Source: Bilabrum cf. latius
Taxonomy: Eukaryota
Assembly: GCA_965178125.1 (NCBI GenBank)
Contig: OZ237738.1
Location: 682,001-746,000 of the forward strand
DNA: 64,000 nucleotides
Direction of reading: 5' to 3'
Shown here: positions 52,601 to 64,000 of the stretch, piece after piece
How the letters are laid out: each line of letters starts with the position of its first letter
Position numbering within the stretch: position 1 is the stretch's first letter
The notes under the pieces: generated by a model
Database searches by the model: none
The model's input: the letters and a program-made list of their open reading frames with translations, nothing else
What the model was told of the DNA's origin: nothing
Translations under genes and position numbers: made by a program

Positions 52601-54992
52601 GGGAGGAAGCAGCGGGCCAGGCACAGGCGCGAGAGGCTAGGGGCGGAGCAGGAGCAGCTCCTATTCCCTGCCTACAGGCGTGGCTGGCACGCGGAGCACG
52701 TCTGGCGCCTCCTCTCCCGACACGGTCATGAAGAAGACGCTCCCGGAGAAGACGCGGCGCGCGGCGAGACATGAGGTGAGGCATGGGTCGAGCCTCGATG
52801 CGCGAACCGACGCGGCTAGCCAGGGATCGGGCTCAGGCTCGAGGTCGAGGTCGAGGTCGCGCGGCGGGCCCGAGATGGAAACCAAGGGCGAGTCAGAGGA
52901 AGGTGAAGAGGAAGGGTACGAGGACGAGGACAACTCGAACGGCTAGGGGCCTGGCAGACGCGGCCTGGGCAGTGGGGCTGGGTTGCCCTCAGCGGGGTAC
53001 AGGCAGGGCGCATCGCAAACCAGGGCTTCGGATAAGTTCCACAGGCAGGTGCAGCGGAATGCAAGGCTAGGGCGCGGCGCACCGACTGAGGTGGTGGGCT
53101 AGCACGGTATCGGCGTGGGGCCGGTGACTCTCAGCCCCAACGCCTTCAGGGGAGAGGTGCCCATGTCCAGGGAACAAGCCCGGGCGGAGGGCATTGACGG
53201 GCACAGCATCCACAGGTTCAAGGGTTCGGAGCAGCATCAGGCCACAGCAGAGCGGGTGGACCGGGCACCAGACGACCCGGCGGCGTCTGCAGGTGAGAGG
53301 CAGAGGCAGGCTCGTCTGCGGCAGTCCAGGGCCAAGGCACGAGGCGGGGCGCCCGACCTGGTGGAGACGAGGTTGTCTGGCATGCAGGCGGACCAGTCCC
53401 TGTGGGAGAACGAGCTTGCCAAGGCTTCCCTCGCCCTGTACAGGGCGCAGACGACCGCGGTTGCGGAGGATGGGGTGCTGGCTGCAGACGATGGGCTGGG
53501 TCAGAAGACCAGGACGAGAGGCAGCGTGGGTCGAGGCAAGGGCCTCGTCGGAGGAATGCGAGGCACGAGGGCTGCGGGGATGATGCCCGGCCCGCGGTCT
53601 GGATCCGCGTCTGCCATGGAGCTTGCGTCGGCCTTTGCTGGGCCAGACGATGCGTCCGCCGGGATCCGCGGCCTGGCTCGGGCCTCGGCCGCTCGATCCG
53701 CGGCAGCCGGCGGCGGCGCGTCGTCGACGGGTCCATGGGCGGCAGAGGAAGACGGGAGGTCCGTGGCGTCTGTAAACTCGACGAGGTCAGCCATGCTACC
53801 TCGGGGAACAAGTCGGAGCCTCTCCGGGGCCGTTGCCGCAGGCGCTGCGGGCGTGAGAAGCAGGGGTGGTTCTACAGCCGGCGGCGACAGTAGTGCTGGC
53901 GGGGCTGGCAGTGCTCGCGTGATGGGCGGCGGTATCGGCAGTATGCGGGGCCCCGGCCGCCAAGCCGCAGCGACTGGTGCGGAGGCGGTGAGGCTCAAAG
54001 GCTCAGCCCCAAACCTGATATGGTACGGCGGGGGAGGGGGGAGCGTTACGGCTCGAGCGGACTGGACGGGGGTAGGTCCTCAGGCAGCACTGGATCGCGA
54101 GCAGCAGGCAAAAGAGGCGCTGCGTGCCGCGCCTCCGGGTGCGGCGCCGCAGCCCGTGTCCACCATGCCGGAAGGACACGACAAGGATGCTGGTCTGCGG
54201 TCTCATTTGGCGGGACTGGAGCGCAAGGGCCAGTACGTCAAGTACGTGTCTCTGCTGGTTTCGTACATGTAGCCAAGGTTGCGGGCGCAAGACCGCAGCG
54301 AGAAGGAGAAGCGGCAGTGGAGGCAGCTTGTGGTGGCCACGAACGTCTTTGCAGTCAAGTACACTGAGGCGGAGAAGCATGCCCGGGCGCTGGACATGCT
54401 CCGCAAGGCCCTCGAGCTCGTGCAAAGCGACGATGGGATGCCACCGCACACCAAGCGGGAGCTTTCAGGCTTCGTGCACGACTCGTACGCGCTGTACTAC
54501 TTCAGGAGGAGCAAGCTGTCTGCCGCGCTCCAGAGCTCCCACAAGGCCACGAAAGCGCACGCTTCGGTGAGGCAGTGGGACCACGTTGCCAAGTGCCACC
54601 TGCACACCGCGGCCATCCTCAGCCGGCTGGGCAAGCACGGGGAAGCTGTGCGATGCATGGGCCAAGTGCTGCAGCTGGTCGACGAGGAGCGCCTGGAGGC
54701 GGGCGGCGCATCTGCAGAAAAGCTCTGCCTGCTTTCGGTGGCGTACCACAACATCGCTGTCGAGCACATTCTGCTTGGCCAGGGCGAGGACGCTTGCCTG
54801 GCCTCACAGAACTGCAGGAGGCTGGCGCGCCTGTGCCTGAGCTACTCCAACCGGTACATGCGCCACTTTGAAGCTACACATGCAGCCGCTCTGGCCCAGC
54901 TGCAGCGATCGCGCGAAGCCAGGTCGCTTACGATGAACGACCCCCTGCACAGGAAGGTCTTCCGCAACTTGAGCGCCGCGCTTTACTCGTGA
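49657..54992 (+). CDS. Large Gln/Gly/Ser-rich protein with C-terminal TPR-like helical domain (intron 49798-49886)
   Basis: ATG 49657, a GTGAGT...CGCAG intron, then one frame to TGA 54990-54992 interrupted only by TAG. The C-terminus has HLHTAAILSRLGKHGEA and LSVAYHNIAVEH (TPR-like). Confidence 0.8.
52263..52367 (+). repeat. (CAG)9(TAG CAG)13 in-frame microsatellite = 35 Gln under TAG=Gln
   Basis: Read directly from the sequence; in frame with flanking ORFs 51150..51917 and 52371..52640. Confidence 0.9.
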
Positions 54993-55474
54993 GCGTGGGT
55001 ACTTCGCGCCGCCTGGTCTGGATGGGATACTGGCTTAGCACATGTCCGGTATGAATCGTTGCATTCGTACATCTTTCTCTTTCGCGTATTTTCTTGGTTG
55101 CATCAATACAATCAAGCTGCTTGCGACCATTTGAAACGCCACCTGACTTTTTATCTTCATTGTTAGGTTGCGACCGCAGGCAAAGCGTGGCGTCTATCTC
55201 GCCGATCGAGCCATAGCTTGCGTTTGAAACCCAGCTGCTGATCGCGGCCGGGAGTTTTTGCTTATTTACCGATCGAGAGCGCTAGAATAGCGACAGGAGC
55301 GATCGATAATCGCACGGATATTCCGGAATCCGGAGGCAAAGACCTGTGCGTTGAGCTGTACGCCCGTCGATTGCACCTTGATATATCTTCCGCTGGCCGA
55401 AGCACTAACGCAATTACAGCATTTTTTGATAGAATTTACCATTGCAGATAAAGATTGCTGCTGATCGCCTCCAG

Positions 55475-58400
55475 ATGGTGGCCTTCAGGGCGATTGGGCT
55501 TGCATTCGTGATCTCTGTGGCTGGCTTGGCCTCCGCCGGCTGCCCAAACGACTGCAGCTCGCGAGGACAATGCGTGAACAACGCCCAATGCCAATGTTTT
55601 GATGGGTTTACTGGCGTTGATTGCTCGCAGCGTGAGATGGTGCAGCCCTGTGCTCAAATGCGATCTGGAGCGTCGTGCTTTGAACGACTACCTCGTTGAC
55701 AGGCCCCCCTCATCGTTTCATGTCGCAGGCACGTGCGCCAAAGGCGAAGTTTGGGTGTCACGACCTGACACTGAAGGAGTTCTCCATGGAAGCATGGAGG
55801 AATGCAGCAACCGTGGCACCTGTGACCGATCCACCGGTCTCTGCGAGTGCCTGCCGGGCTACGAGGGCCTCGCTTGCTAGCGCAGTGAGCTTGCCCGCAC
55901 ACTACCTCCGCATTGCTCCCATTATTGGTTCTTATTAGGTTGTGTTGCGGAAAGTTCGGCGGATATAGTTTGGGAGCATCGTTCCTGAGGACGCTGCCCT
56001 TTAGCATGCTGTTGCCTCCTCGTCTTGCTGCTTTCGCCATTCTTTATTGCTTTAGCACCGTCAATCACAATTGCTTCACTCATTGCGCAGCTTCGTGTCC
56101 GGCGGACTGCAATGACAATGGTGTGTGCTCCACCATCGAGCAGATCGGTGATCATCTCGCCTCCGGCTCCACGGATCCCTCCACTGGGGTGCAAGACTTC
56201 GGTGTTGAGTACACCAACTGGGACAAAGAGAGCTCTGCTGGGTGCGTCTGTGACTTTGGGAGGTTCGGACCGGACTGCTCCCTGACCATGTGCCCAAGGG
56301 CCGACAACCCCTCCACTGACGTGCAGCACGACTACACGTTCGTCTTTTCCGTGGGCGCCAACGGAACCAATGGGGGTGCAGACTCTCTCACGGGAGAGTT
56401 CGGACTATTCTTTGCTGGGCAGCAAGCCACGCTTCCTTTCCCTGCTCAAAACGCCTCCGAGGTGCTTTGCGAGCTCTCCTTCGAGAGCCTCCCCAACGTC
56501 GAAGACGTTGACTGTGTCAGGACGACGTCTAATTTTACCGCGGGAGCGCACTCGTTCGTCGTGCGAGTCAAAGAATTCTCTGCTTTTGATGGCAACAAGC
56601 AGAACAACCTGTGGAACCACGACGGCAAACCGCCGCTGTCCTACTTCGCGTGCTCGCTGGGGAGCGCCAACTCCACTGGCTTCGGGGAGCCGGAGTGCTC
56701 GTTCTTCGAGTTCGACCGGAACATCGAGACGGAGTTCAACAACACCTTCTTCGGAATTGTGGACACCTAGTACACGATCGAGGTGTTCGACGACCAGGTG
56801 AGGCCCAACACTTACCGGTTCAGGACATAGATCAGCAACTGGTCGGAACCCCTCCCCATGAACGCCTCGTTTCACCCAGACATGGGTCTGGATGACGACG
56901 GCGTTGTCATCAAGTTCAACTCGATCGTTGGACATACTAAAGGAACGCGGTGGACCATCAGCGCCAGGGCAAGTACTGGAGACATCGACGAGCCCCGGCT
57001 GGCTAGCGATGCTCGAGAGTTCGACATGTGCGCCGGGAACGGCATCTGCGACACATCAACGGGCCTCTGCAGCTGCTTCGACGGATACGAGGGGGCAGAC
57101 TGCGCAACGGAGCGGTTTTTGTCGAATGCAACCGAGAATCTGCCGGGCAGCTGGGTCAGGGCCTCGAGCCCAACCTACCTTGGAGACGTGCTTCGTCTCA
57201 CAACCGAGAAGGGCCCACGGGATGACTTCAATCTGCTCTACGCGCAAAGTGGAAACAAGACCCAGTTCTTTGTGAGGGGTGATGGATTCATGTTCGTTGA
57301 GGACCTTTTCGTGAACAGCATCCTTCGGCTTCGGGAAGGTGAGTTCCAGGCACTCCGCATTACTGGGGACGGCCTCACCATCGAGCAAGGCGGCCTTGTG
57401 ATCGACCTAGATGGCGCCACCATCCACGACGGTGGTCTAGCTATCAATGACGACGGTGCTCTCATTCAAACAAACGGCAATGAGCACGCCCTTCACGTCG
57501 TGAGTCGCGCAACTAGCGGATACACGTCGACGGTGCTGCAGGTGTCATCGGAGCAGCCCCGTGGCGACACATTTAGGCTGGCCGAGCTGGACACTGACGG
57601 CGATGTGGTTTTTACCGTGTCCGGCAACGGTCAAGTTCGCTCTGAGCACGGAGGTGTGTGGATTGACGAAGTCGGTCTGCACGTCGAGTCAGGTGGCGGC
57701 ACGATCGTCGATGGCGGACTGTTTGTGCAGAACCGCGAGCCGAATGATCCGGTGCTGCACGTCAGCATGGATGATCCAGACTTCAACAGCGTTGGTATCA
57801 ACATCACTTCCGACGAGCTTGCATCTTTCTCGAACTACTTCTTCTTTCAGGCCGTCAACACGGATGGTTAGATTCATTCTATTCGTGGGGACGGCCTCAC
57901 GACCATCTCCCGTGGCGGTTTGCTGATTGAGAGCGGCGGTGCTACCATGGTCGGAGGCGTGTTCATTGAAGACGGTCTCACTATTACTACAGGCGGCGTG
58001 CACGTCGAGGACGGCGATGTTAACATTCAGAATGGAGCACTCAATGTCCGCGAGAATGGAGCCATCATCACGTCGGAATTGCAGAGCGTCTCGCCCTTGG
58101 TTTTACGGGCCACAGACAACAACTTCGATGAGACAATCTTCAATGCTCAGACCACGCGGGATCCTTCAGACGAATACAACATGTACCGGTACGAAACTGC
58201 AACCGAGACAATGTCCCTTTTCTCCGGCGACGGCTTTAAGCAGGAGACGGTTTTGAGCAATGACAACCGTGCTTTGTACCACTTGAGGCGCGCCCGCGAT
58301 TCGGGCGGTAGCCCTAGCGCTGTGAGCGACGGAGAAATATTGCGTCACATCGAATTTCAGGGGTACGGTGGAACTGACTACCAGCCCTCGGCAGGAATCC

Positions 58401-61400
58401 GAGCCGTCGTTGACGAGACAATTCCATCTGACACCGCAATGGGTGGATCTCTGCTGTTCTACACTTCAGAGGCAACAACGAACACCTTAGAACAACGAGT
58501 ATTGATAGACTCCACTGGTGTTGTCACTATCGGAAACACCCCGAACGAGCGCATCGTGATTACACCGGGCGTGGAAGGCCAAATTCGAGCGCAAGACGAG
58601 TTGCATCTCGATGCTAGGAACGATGTTGAGGTTACCTCGGAGAACGGCGACATCAGCCTCATTGCTGATAACAGCATTGTTGGCATCGCCCTGAATGGGT
58701 TTGTGGACGTTGATTCCCTACTTACCCAATCTTACACGTCTGGTGGCCAGACGACCATAGAAACAACCGACCAGACAGGGTCTGCTGGTGCAGACATGCT
58801 TCTGCAAACTGGCGCAAGTGATATTGCAACCGGTGGAAGCATCAGTATTTTGACCGGTGCATCGACAGGCTCTACCTCCGGACAACTTGAACTTCGGACT
58901 GGACAATCAACGACTGGAAGCTCCGGAACGATCGTAGTGGCCTCTGGAGATTCATCAGGTGCACAATCGGGAGCAGTATCCATGCACTCGGGAGCAACAG
59001 ACACAACTAATTCGGGTCTCGTAACCATCAATAGTGGAGCCGCAACATCTGGAGCATCCGGAAATCTACTGATAGCGTCTGGTACATCCACGGTAGGAAT
59101 GTCCGGAACAGTACAAATATAGTCAGGTACTGCAGTATCAGCTGCATCTGGCGGCGTGAGCGTGCTGTCTGGGTCGTCGTCGCTTGACTCGTCGGGCGCG
59201 GTGACTGTGGGCTCTGGCACGTCCGACGTGGATGTGACGGGCGCGGTGACTGTGCGGTCTGGCGATGCGGCATCAGCGTCATCGGGCGCGGTGAGCGTGG
59301 CGTCGGGCGCATCGACGAAGGCGGTGTCTGGCGTGGTGACTGTGGGATCGGGCGCGGCGGTGTCGGCTGCATCTGGCGGCGTGAGCGTGCTGTCTGGGTC
59401 TTCGTCGCTTGACTCGTCGGGCGCGGTGACTGTGGGCTCTGGCACGTCCGACGTGGATGTGACGGGCGCGGTGACTGTGCGGTCTGGCGATGCGGCATCA
59501 GCGTCATCGGGCGCGGTGAGCGTGGCGTCGGGCGCATCGACGAACGCGGTGTCTGGCGTGGTGACTGTGGGATCGGGCGCGGCGGTGTCGGCTGCATCTG
59601 GCGGCGTGAGCGTGCTGTCTGGGTCTTCGTCGCTTGACTCGTCGGGCGCGGTGACTGTGGGCTCTGGCACGTCCGACGTGGATGTGACGGGCGCGGTGAC
59701 TGTGCGGTCTGGCGATGCGGCATCAGCGTCATCGGGCGCGGTGAGCGTGGCGTCGGGCGCATCGACGAACGCGGTGTCTGGCGTGGTGACTGTAGGATCG
59801 GGCGCGGCGGTGTCGGCTGCATCTGGCGGCGTGAGCGTGCTGTCTGGGTCTTCGTCGCTTGACTCGTCGGGCGCGGTGACTGTGGGCTCTGGCACGTCCG
59901 ACGTGGATGTGACGGGCGCGGTGACTGTGCGGTCTGGCGATGCGGCATCAGCGTCATCGGGCGCGGTGAGCGTGGCGTCGGGCGCGTCGACGAACGCGGT
60001 GTCTGGCGTGGTGACTGTGGGATCGGGCGCGGCGGTGTCGGCTGCATCTGGCGGCGTGAGCGTGCTGTCTGGGTCTTCGTCGCTTGACTCGTCGGGCGCG
60101 GTGACTGTGGGCTCTGGCACGTCCGACGTGGATGTGACGGGCGCGGTGACTGTGCGGTCTGGCGATGCGGCATCAGCGTCATCGGGCGCGGTGAGCGTGG
60201 CGTCGGGCGCATCGACGAACGCGGTGTCTGGCGTGGTGACTGTGGGATCGGGCGCGGCGGTGTCGGCTGCATCTGGCGGCGTGAGCGTGCTGTCTGGGTC
60301 TTCGTCGCTTGACTCGTCGGGCGCGGTGACTGTGGGCTCTGGCACGTCCGACGTGGATGTGACGGGTGCGGTGACTGTGCGGTCTGGCGATGCGGCATCA
60401 GCGTCATCGGGCGCGGTGAGCGTGGCGTCGGGCGCATCGACGAACGCGGTGTCTGGCGTGGTGACTGTGGGATCGGGCGCGGCGGTGTCGGCTGCATCTG
60501 GCGGCGTGAGCGTGCTGTCGGGCGTGTCTGACAAGGATGTGACGGGCGCGGTGACTGTGCGGTCTGGCGATGCGGCATCAGCGTCATCGGGCGCGGTGAG
60601 CGTGGCGTCGGGCGCGTCGACGAACGCGGTGTCTGGCGTGGTGACTGTGGGATCGGGCGCGGCGGTGTCGGCTGCATCTGGCGGCGTGAGCGTGCTGTCT
60701 GGGTCTTCGTCGCTTGACTCGTCGGGCGCGGTGACTGTGGGCTCTGGCACGTCCGACGTGGATGTGACGGGTGCGGTGACTGTGCGGTCTGGCGATGCGG
60801 CATCAGCGTCATCGGGCGCGGTGAGCGTGGCGTCGGGCGCATCGACGAACGCGGTGTCTGGCGTGGTGACTGTGGGATCGGGCGCGGCGGTGTCGGCTGC
60901 ATCTGGCGGCGTGAGCGTGCTGTCGGGCGTGTCTGACAAGGATGTGACGGGCGCGGTGACTGTGCGGTCTGGCGATGCGGCATCAGCGTCATCGGGCGCG
61001 GTGAGCGTGGCGTCGGGCGCATCGACGAACGCGGTGTCTGGCGTGGTGACTGTGGGATCGGGCGCGGCGGTGTCGGCTGCATCTGGCGGCGTGAGCGTGC
61101 TGTCTGGGTCTTCGTCGCTTGACTCGTCGGGCGCGGTGACTGTGGGCTCTGGCACGTCCGACGTGGATGTGACGGGCGCGGTGACTGTGCGGTCTGGCGA
61201 TGCGGCATCAGCGTCATCGGGCGCGGTGAGCGTGGCGTCGGGCGCATCGACGAACGCGGTGTCTGGCGTGGTGACTGTGGGATCGGGCGCGGCGGTGTCG
61301 GCTGCATCTGGCGGCGTGAGCGTGCTGTCGGGCGTGTCTGACAAAGATGTGACGGGCGCGGTGACTGTGCGGTCTGGCGATGCGGCATCAGCGTCATCGG

Positions 61401-64000
61401 GCGCGGTGAGCGTGGCGTCGGGCGCATCGACGAACGCGGTGTCTGGCGTGGTGACTGTGAGATCGGGCGCGGCGGTGTCAGCTGCATCTGGCGGCGTGAG
61501 CGTGCTGTCTGGGTCTTCGTCGCTTGACTCGTCGGGCGCGGTGACTGTGGGCTCTGGCACGTCCGACGTGGATGTGACGGGCGCGGTGACTGTGCGGTCT
61601 GGCGATGCGGCATCAGCGTCATCGGGCGCGGTGAGCGTGGCGTCGGGCGCGTCGACGAACGCGGTGTCTGGCGTGGTGACTGTGGGATCGGGCGCGGCGG
61701 TGTCGGCTGCATCTGGCGGCGTGAGCGTGCTGTCGGGCGTGTCTGACAAGGATGTGACGGGCGCGGTGACTGTGCGGTCTGGCGATGCGGCATCAGCGTC
61801 ATCGGGCGCGGTGAGCGTGGCGTCGGGCGCATCGACGAACGCGGTGTCTGGCGTGGTGACTGTGGGATCGGGCGCGGCGGTGTCGGCTGCATCTGGCGGC
61901 GTGAGCGTGCTGTCTGGGTCGTCGTCGCTTGACTCGTCGGGCGCGGTGACTGTGGGCTCTGGCACGTCCGACGTGGATGTGACGGGCGCGGTGACTGTGC
62001 GGTCTGGCGATGCGGCATCAGCGTCATCGGGCGCGGTGAGCGTGGCGTCGGGCGCGTCGACGAACGCGGTGTCTGGCGTGGTGACTGTAGGATCGGGCGC
62101 GGCGGTGTCGGCTGCATCTGGCGGCGTGAGCGTGCTGTCTGGGTCTTCGTCGCTTGACTCGTCGGGCGCGGTGACTGTGGGCTCTGGCACGTCCGACGTG
62201 GATGTGACGGGCGCGGTGACTGTGCGGTCTGGCGATGCGGCATCAGCGTCATCGGGCGCGGTGAGCGTGGCGTCGGGCGCATCGACGAACGCGGTGTCTG
62301 GCGTGGTGACTGTGGGATCGGGCGCGGCGGTGTCGGCTGCATCTGGCGGCGTGAGCGTGCTGTCTGGGTCTTCGTCGCTTGACTCGTCGGGCGCGGTGAC
62401 TGTGGGCTCTGGCACGTCCGACGTGGATGTGACGGGCGCGGTGACTGTGCGGTCTGGCGATGCGGCATCAGCGTCATCGGGCGCGGTGAGCGTGGCGTCG
62501 GGCGCGTCGACGAACGCGGTGTCTGGCGTGGTGACTGTGGGATCGGGCGCGGCGGTGTCGGCTGCATCTGGCGGCGTGAGCGTGCTGTCGGGCGTGTCTG
62601 ACAAGGATGTGACGGGCGCGGTGACTGTGCGGTCTGGCGATGCGGCATCAGCGTCATCGGGCGCGGTGAGCGTGGCGTCGGGCGCATCGACGAACGCGGT
62701 GTCTGGCGTGGTGACTGTGGGATCGGGCGCGGCGGTGTCGGCTGCATCTGGCGGCGTGAGCGTGCTGTCTGGGTCTTCGTCGCTTGACTCGTCGGGCGCG
62801 GTGACTGTGGGCTCTGGCACGTCCGACGTGGATGTGACGGGCGCGGTGACTGTGCGGTCTGGCGATGCGGCATCAGCGTCATCGGGCGCGGTGAGCGTGG
62901 CGTCGGGCGCATCGACGAACGCGGTGTCTGGCGTGGTGACTGTGGGATCGGGCGCGGCGGTGTCGGCTGCATCTGGCGGCGTGAGCGTGCTGTCGGGCGT
63001 GTCCGACGTGGATGTGACGGGCGCGGTGACTGTGCGGTCTGGCGATGCGGCATCAGCGTCATCGGGCGCGGTGAGCGTGGCGTCGGGCGCGTCGACGAAC
63101 GCGGTGTCTGGCGTGGTGACTGTGGGATCGGGCGCGGCGGTGTCGGCTGCATCTGGCGGCGTGAGCGTGCTGTCTGGGTCTTCGTCGCTTGACTCGTCGG
63201 GCGCGGTGACTGTGGGCTCTGGCACGTCCGACGTGGATGTGACGGGCGCGGTGACTGTGCGGTCTGGCGATGCGGCATCAGCGTCATCGGGCGCGGTGAG
63301 CGTGGCGTCGGGCGCATCGACGAACGCGGTGTCTGGCGTGGTGACTGTAGGGTCGGGCGCGGCGGTGTCGGCTGCATCTGGCGGCGTGAGCGTGCTGTCT
63401 GGGTCTTCGTCGCTTGACTCGTCGGGCGCGGTGACTGTGGGCTCTGGCACGTCCGACGTGGATGTGACGGGCGCGGTGACTGTGCGGTCTGGCGATGCGG
63501 CATCAGCGTCATCGGGCGCGGTGAGCGTGGCGTCGGGCGCATCGACGAACGCGGTGTCTGGCGTGGTGACTGTGGGATCGGGCGCGGCGGTGTCGGCTGC
63601 ATCTGGCGGCGTGAGCGTGCTGTCTGGGTCGTCGTCGCTTGACTCGTCGGGCGCGGTGACTGTGGGCTCTGGCACGTCCGACGTGGATGTGACGGGCGCG
63701 GTGACTGTGCGGTCTGGCGATGCGGCATCAGCGTCATCGGGCGCGGTGAGCGTGGCGTCGGGCGCGTCGACGAACGCGGTGTCTGGCGTGGTGACTGTGG
63801 GATCGGGCGCGGCGGTGTCGGCTGCATCTGGCGGCGTGAGCGTGCTGTCTGGGTCTTCGTCGCTTGACTCGTCGGGCGCGGTGACTGTGGGCTCTGGCAC
63901 GTCCGACGTGGATGTGACGGGCGCGGTGACTGTGCGGTCTGGCGATGCGGCATCAGCGTCATCGGGCGCGGTGAGCGTGGCGTCGGGCGCATCGACGAAC
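55475..64000 (+). CDS. Giant secreted protein (3'-partial): signal peptide, mastigoneme(Sig1/Ocm)-like EGF region, beta-rich fibre-like region, 15-aa Ser/Gly/Ala/Val repeat array; introns ~55632-55728 and ~55885-56090
   Basis: [84 protein letters not shown]. TAG at 55878, 56768, 56828, 57869 and 59120; the frame stays open through the repeats to the window end. Confidence 0.85.
59147..64000 (+). repeat. Near-perfect coding tandem array: 225-bp (5x45) units interspersed with 180-bp (4x45) units
   Basis: About 16 long units, 6 short units and a partial unit. Long unit SGGVSVLSGSSSLDS/SGAVTVGSGTSDVDV/TGAVTVRSGDAASAS/SGAVSVASGASTNAV/SGVVTVGSGAAVSAA; most variants are synonymous on the + frame. 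Confidence 0.95.

Noticed and set aside
58732-63992. 1722-aa and 1654-aa minus-strand ORFs in the track
   Set aside because: Antisense shadows of the repeat. The + frame is continuous with the upstream signal-peptide/EGF gene.

Overview
GC-rich, gene-dense eukaryotic (protist) DNA with short GT-AG introns. A Sig1/Ocm-type mastigoneme-like EGF protein suggests a flagellated stramenopile; this is inference. The dominant signal is a non-standard nuclear genetic code. The six-frame ORF track is fragmented because TAG is a sense codon, almost certainly Gln, while TAA and TGA remain stops (UAG/UAA decoupled, as in NCBI table 15). TAG occupies invariant Gln positions (kinesin YG*TGAGKT, RT GVL*GSPLSP) and alternates with CAG in poly-Q tracts. 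Re-reading with TAG=Gln merges the fragments into about 20 coherent genes, and all 19 that end in the window stop at TGA or TAA. They are: a CHD-type SNF2 remodeller; a signal peptide-MRH-IPT-NSF-like AAA fusion; a Lys/Ser/Pro minisatellite protein; Borealin; GH59 galactosylceramidase with ricin-B; an ASH-domain protein; a large multipass membrane protein; a secreted AKR; proline iminopeptidase; mPGES-2; kinesin-9; FHA-RINGv-FHA; a 2H cyclic phosphodiesterase; CitE; HAT1; an uninterrupted CRE-like RT+RLE retroelement ORF; a poly-Q/TPR protein; two hypotheticals; and a giant EGF/mastigoneme-like protein with a phage-tail-fibre-like segment and a 15-aa beta-repeat array running off the window end. 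All calls come from manual translation and motif recognition; no searches were run.
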